The notes under the pieces were generated by a model. The model was not told the origin of the DNA. It was given only the letters and a program-made list of their open reading frames with translations, and did not search any database. A stretch of 64,000 nt of DNA from Ascidiella aspersa (taxonomy: Eukaryota), in assembly GCA_963924565.1 (NCBI GenBank), contig OZ004609.1, positions 5,580,001 to 5,644,000 on the forward strand, read 5' to 3'. Each line of letters starts with the position of its first letter. The first letter of the stretch is position 1. The position numbers and the translations under genes are program-made. Positions 60,960-64,000 of the stretch are shown piece by piece.

Positions 60960-63900
60960 TTTTTATAGAAATTATACACTCTAAAAAAATATAAATTGAT
61001 GTAATACACAGCAAAGCATGCAACTTTGGAATAAACTAACCGGCCAGATAAAGTTCACATACTAAACCACATTTAAGCCTAATGTCATCCCCAAATTAGA
61101 ACGGATACAGGAAAAAGAAGCTTAAAATTCCCTGCAGTCAATCTATGAAACCTGGTACACACCACATGGAACAAAACAACAGATTGTTTATTACCCATAT
61201 CAAATATAACTTTCTCAACAAAATATCCTAAAATCTTATTGCGAATATATGGGTTGTCACTTTGTCACAACAAACTCAGCATGAGCTAGGGGAAAATCCT
61301 ATGCCACAACGGAAGATTCCTATTATGTTGTGTACTATTCCTTTAATCATTTCGTTAATTTTAACGTGTTATAATTGTTGTAGTGTTTATATATTTAAAT
61401 CCCTGTTTCTTAAATGCTATGTTTTGTTCTCGCAGTATACATAAAAATAGATATGTATCGATCTTATACTGTAACTTGAACCACAAATGCAAGCAATTTT
61501 TTTTTATCTCACCATGGTTACCACAAAAAGACTGATGAATAAATTTCATAAATTAAATACATAAAAACTAAGGTTGACTTCAACAAATACACATCCTGAT
61601 TATGCTTAACAATATGTCAATAAATGCTATTGCTGACAAACAAGTCCAAATATTTTAAAGTTTCCTAAACAACAATGCCTGAAATTCACTTAAAATAGTC
61701 AATAATAGCCTGTGGCTATAGGGCGAATACAGACAGGAAATGCTGTCGGTTGCAATAGGGCTGACGTTAATAATTAAATGCTTGTCATATTTCGCACGGA
61801 GCTAGTTCATTTTTACGCCCTCGCTTTTGTGATATGGCAATGTTGAAAGGTTAAATTTGTGATGTGAAGATCCTTAAACTGTAGCTCTGGCTTATGTTAT
61901 TTTAGAACAATAGCTCTATGATATTCGATTTGTAAACTTGTATTGGGAAATTTGTGTAACTTCAATGCCTTATGTTTATGTACTAAAGTTACGGTTTGCC
62001 GTCAACATTGCATTAGTGTTGCTCGGTTACTAAAGTTACATGTTGTTTTTCCTTATTTGTTAGTTGACTTATTGCTCCAAATCGGACGAGTTTACCAATT
62101 TTAAGGGTTTATTGTTTGTTTTTCATATTAGTGATTGACTCTAATAATGACTGACTGCGGCTTGACTTGTCATTTTTTTTAAATACTTGACTTCAACTTA
62201 AGGTATTTCATAAATGACTTGACTTGAAGTTTAGTCAGTTCAAAATGACATTCTTACAACCCCGACAATGGACAAGCTAAGACGTGATGAGTATTTATAG
62301 TTACAGACGCCAAACAGGGGTTTCAACCAGGGTAACCAACCACCAAGGGCTCTTTGAAACAATGGAAGGGCCAGGGATTATTTTGACAGTTAACAGAATT
62401 TAAGCAACCACACTTTTAACTAAATGGTATAAAAGACATTTTTTAGTCAAAGGACTTCTGTTCAAATATCATCAAACCAAGAAAAATATTTAAATTATAT
62501 ATAAAAAAGGATTTTACTGCCAAATTTAATTTTTTATACGCCTATCTGTTGGCTTTGCAAAATGTATTGATAAAAGTATGATGTTTTTTTATTCCTTTAA
62601 TTTAATTAATAATATTAAATACAATTTTTATTTTCTCTAGACAACAACTTACATAAATTTGACGTCATTTTCGATAGAGCATATAACAGAGAGTTTAATT
62701 TGTATTCTCAGAATTACATTAAAATATTAATACAAACGTTATTTTAGCAAACTAAATTTGTAGGGGGGAATTAAATTTGAATAACGACTGAAAGGGTGCA
62801 CAGGACGAAAAAGGTTGAGAGCGGCTGATGTAGGTTGTACATTAGCAAAGGCACCGTAAATTTTCTGATTTCCAGCCGATTAAAGGAACCACGTTTATAA
62901 CATCTTGCATGGAATCTGACAATTTTGGGGTAACTTGTCGTGGTGTGAAATGTGCTAGCCAGTTGTACTTATCCAAAGCGGATGGCACAATGATATTATT
63001 ACAAGTCGTATATAGGACTTATAGTTTAAATTTCATTAATTTAACGTTATTCGATATTTATCCTGATTATCAAAAGTTCTGGCATTAGTGTTTTTGGTCT
63101 GCTAAATTTCTATCTATTCTACAAATCACATTGTAAAATTAAATAGTATATTAACGAACGGATTTCAAATCCTACTACCATTTAACCTTAGTACAATTTA
63201 AGTTACCTGTCTAAATCACGTGCACATGTACAAATAAAATGGAGTCGTATATATTCAAAAGGAAGGACGGTACCGTTGAACGAAAAGAAATTATTTGTTA
63301 TTAGGTTCAAATAACTAGATTCTTATTTAGATGAGACGTGACGTATTGATCATACAGCAAACTGTTTGCCCGAAGTACAAAATACGTAAAATGCGTTTAG
63401 CGTGTTAAAATTGGGCAGGTGTTAATCAATAAAAGCTATAGGTCGCCAGGCCTATTCACGGAAACTTGGGACTGAAAGGTTTCTTCAACATTGGATAAAC
63501 TGACAATTAGCCCTAAATGATTCGACTAAATTTTACAAAAAAAAGAAGAAAAGCTGAATGTATTTCCATTTACTTATTTAGAACAGGCCAAAAATACAGT
63601 TTAAATAATAGGGCCTTGTTCCCCTCCCCCTGGATAAGCAACTGATTCCAGTTATAGGCTGCAAGTCATGTAGTAATTTTTGTTTTCGGGCAGGGGGGTT
63701 GACTGGAAAGAAAAAATAAATTTTGCAAACAAAAACAACATTGAGTTTACGTTTTGTGTCAAAGCGCCGATAAATATTCTTCTAAAAAATGGGCATAAAA
63801 TCTGCACACGCGATGATGTTTTGAAGAAATTTAATTATAAAACTTGTGTAAAATACGCTCAAGCATACATAAACGTCACATATGAGTTTTGAAAGTGTTT

Positions 63901-64000
63901 TTTTCATAAAATGTTAATCTAAAATAAAAATATTTGTAAAAAGTAAAACTACTTGAAGAACAATCTTTTACATCAAGCTAACGATTATTGAGTGAGCACT

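Overview
AT-rich, intron-containing animal genomic DNA. The short GT-AG introns, hAT MITEs and Helitron/tRNA-derived repeats look like an invertebrate chordate such as a tunicate, but the taxon is inferred, not shown. Most ORF-track entries are spurious; the real genes are spliced, and I reconstructed them by hand. (1) Seven recognisable copies of a 4-exon insect-AANAT/dopamine N-acetyltransferase-like GNAT gene plus one small relic: two intact (14287-19549 +, 58736-60959 -), one with a single premature stop, three pseudogenes and one 5'-half copy. (2) A head-to-head pair of 9-exon FMN-dependent 2-hydroxyacid oxidase (HAO-like) genes (35422-39730 -, 41929-48247 +) with altered substrate-binding residues. 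(3) A TMEM53/DUF829 alpha/beta-hydrolase-fold gene (52841-56168 -) embedded among the GNAT copies. Bases 1-10352 recur nearly identically at 20001-30382. The GNAT/HAO genes are arranged in mirror image around ~40.8 kb. The most interesting hypothesis is an animal small-molecule tailoring cluster (N-acyltransferases, re-tuned oxidases and a hydrolase) evolving by birth-and-death and gene conversion. This function is inference only.
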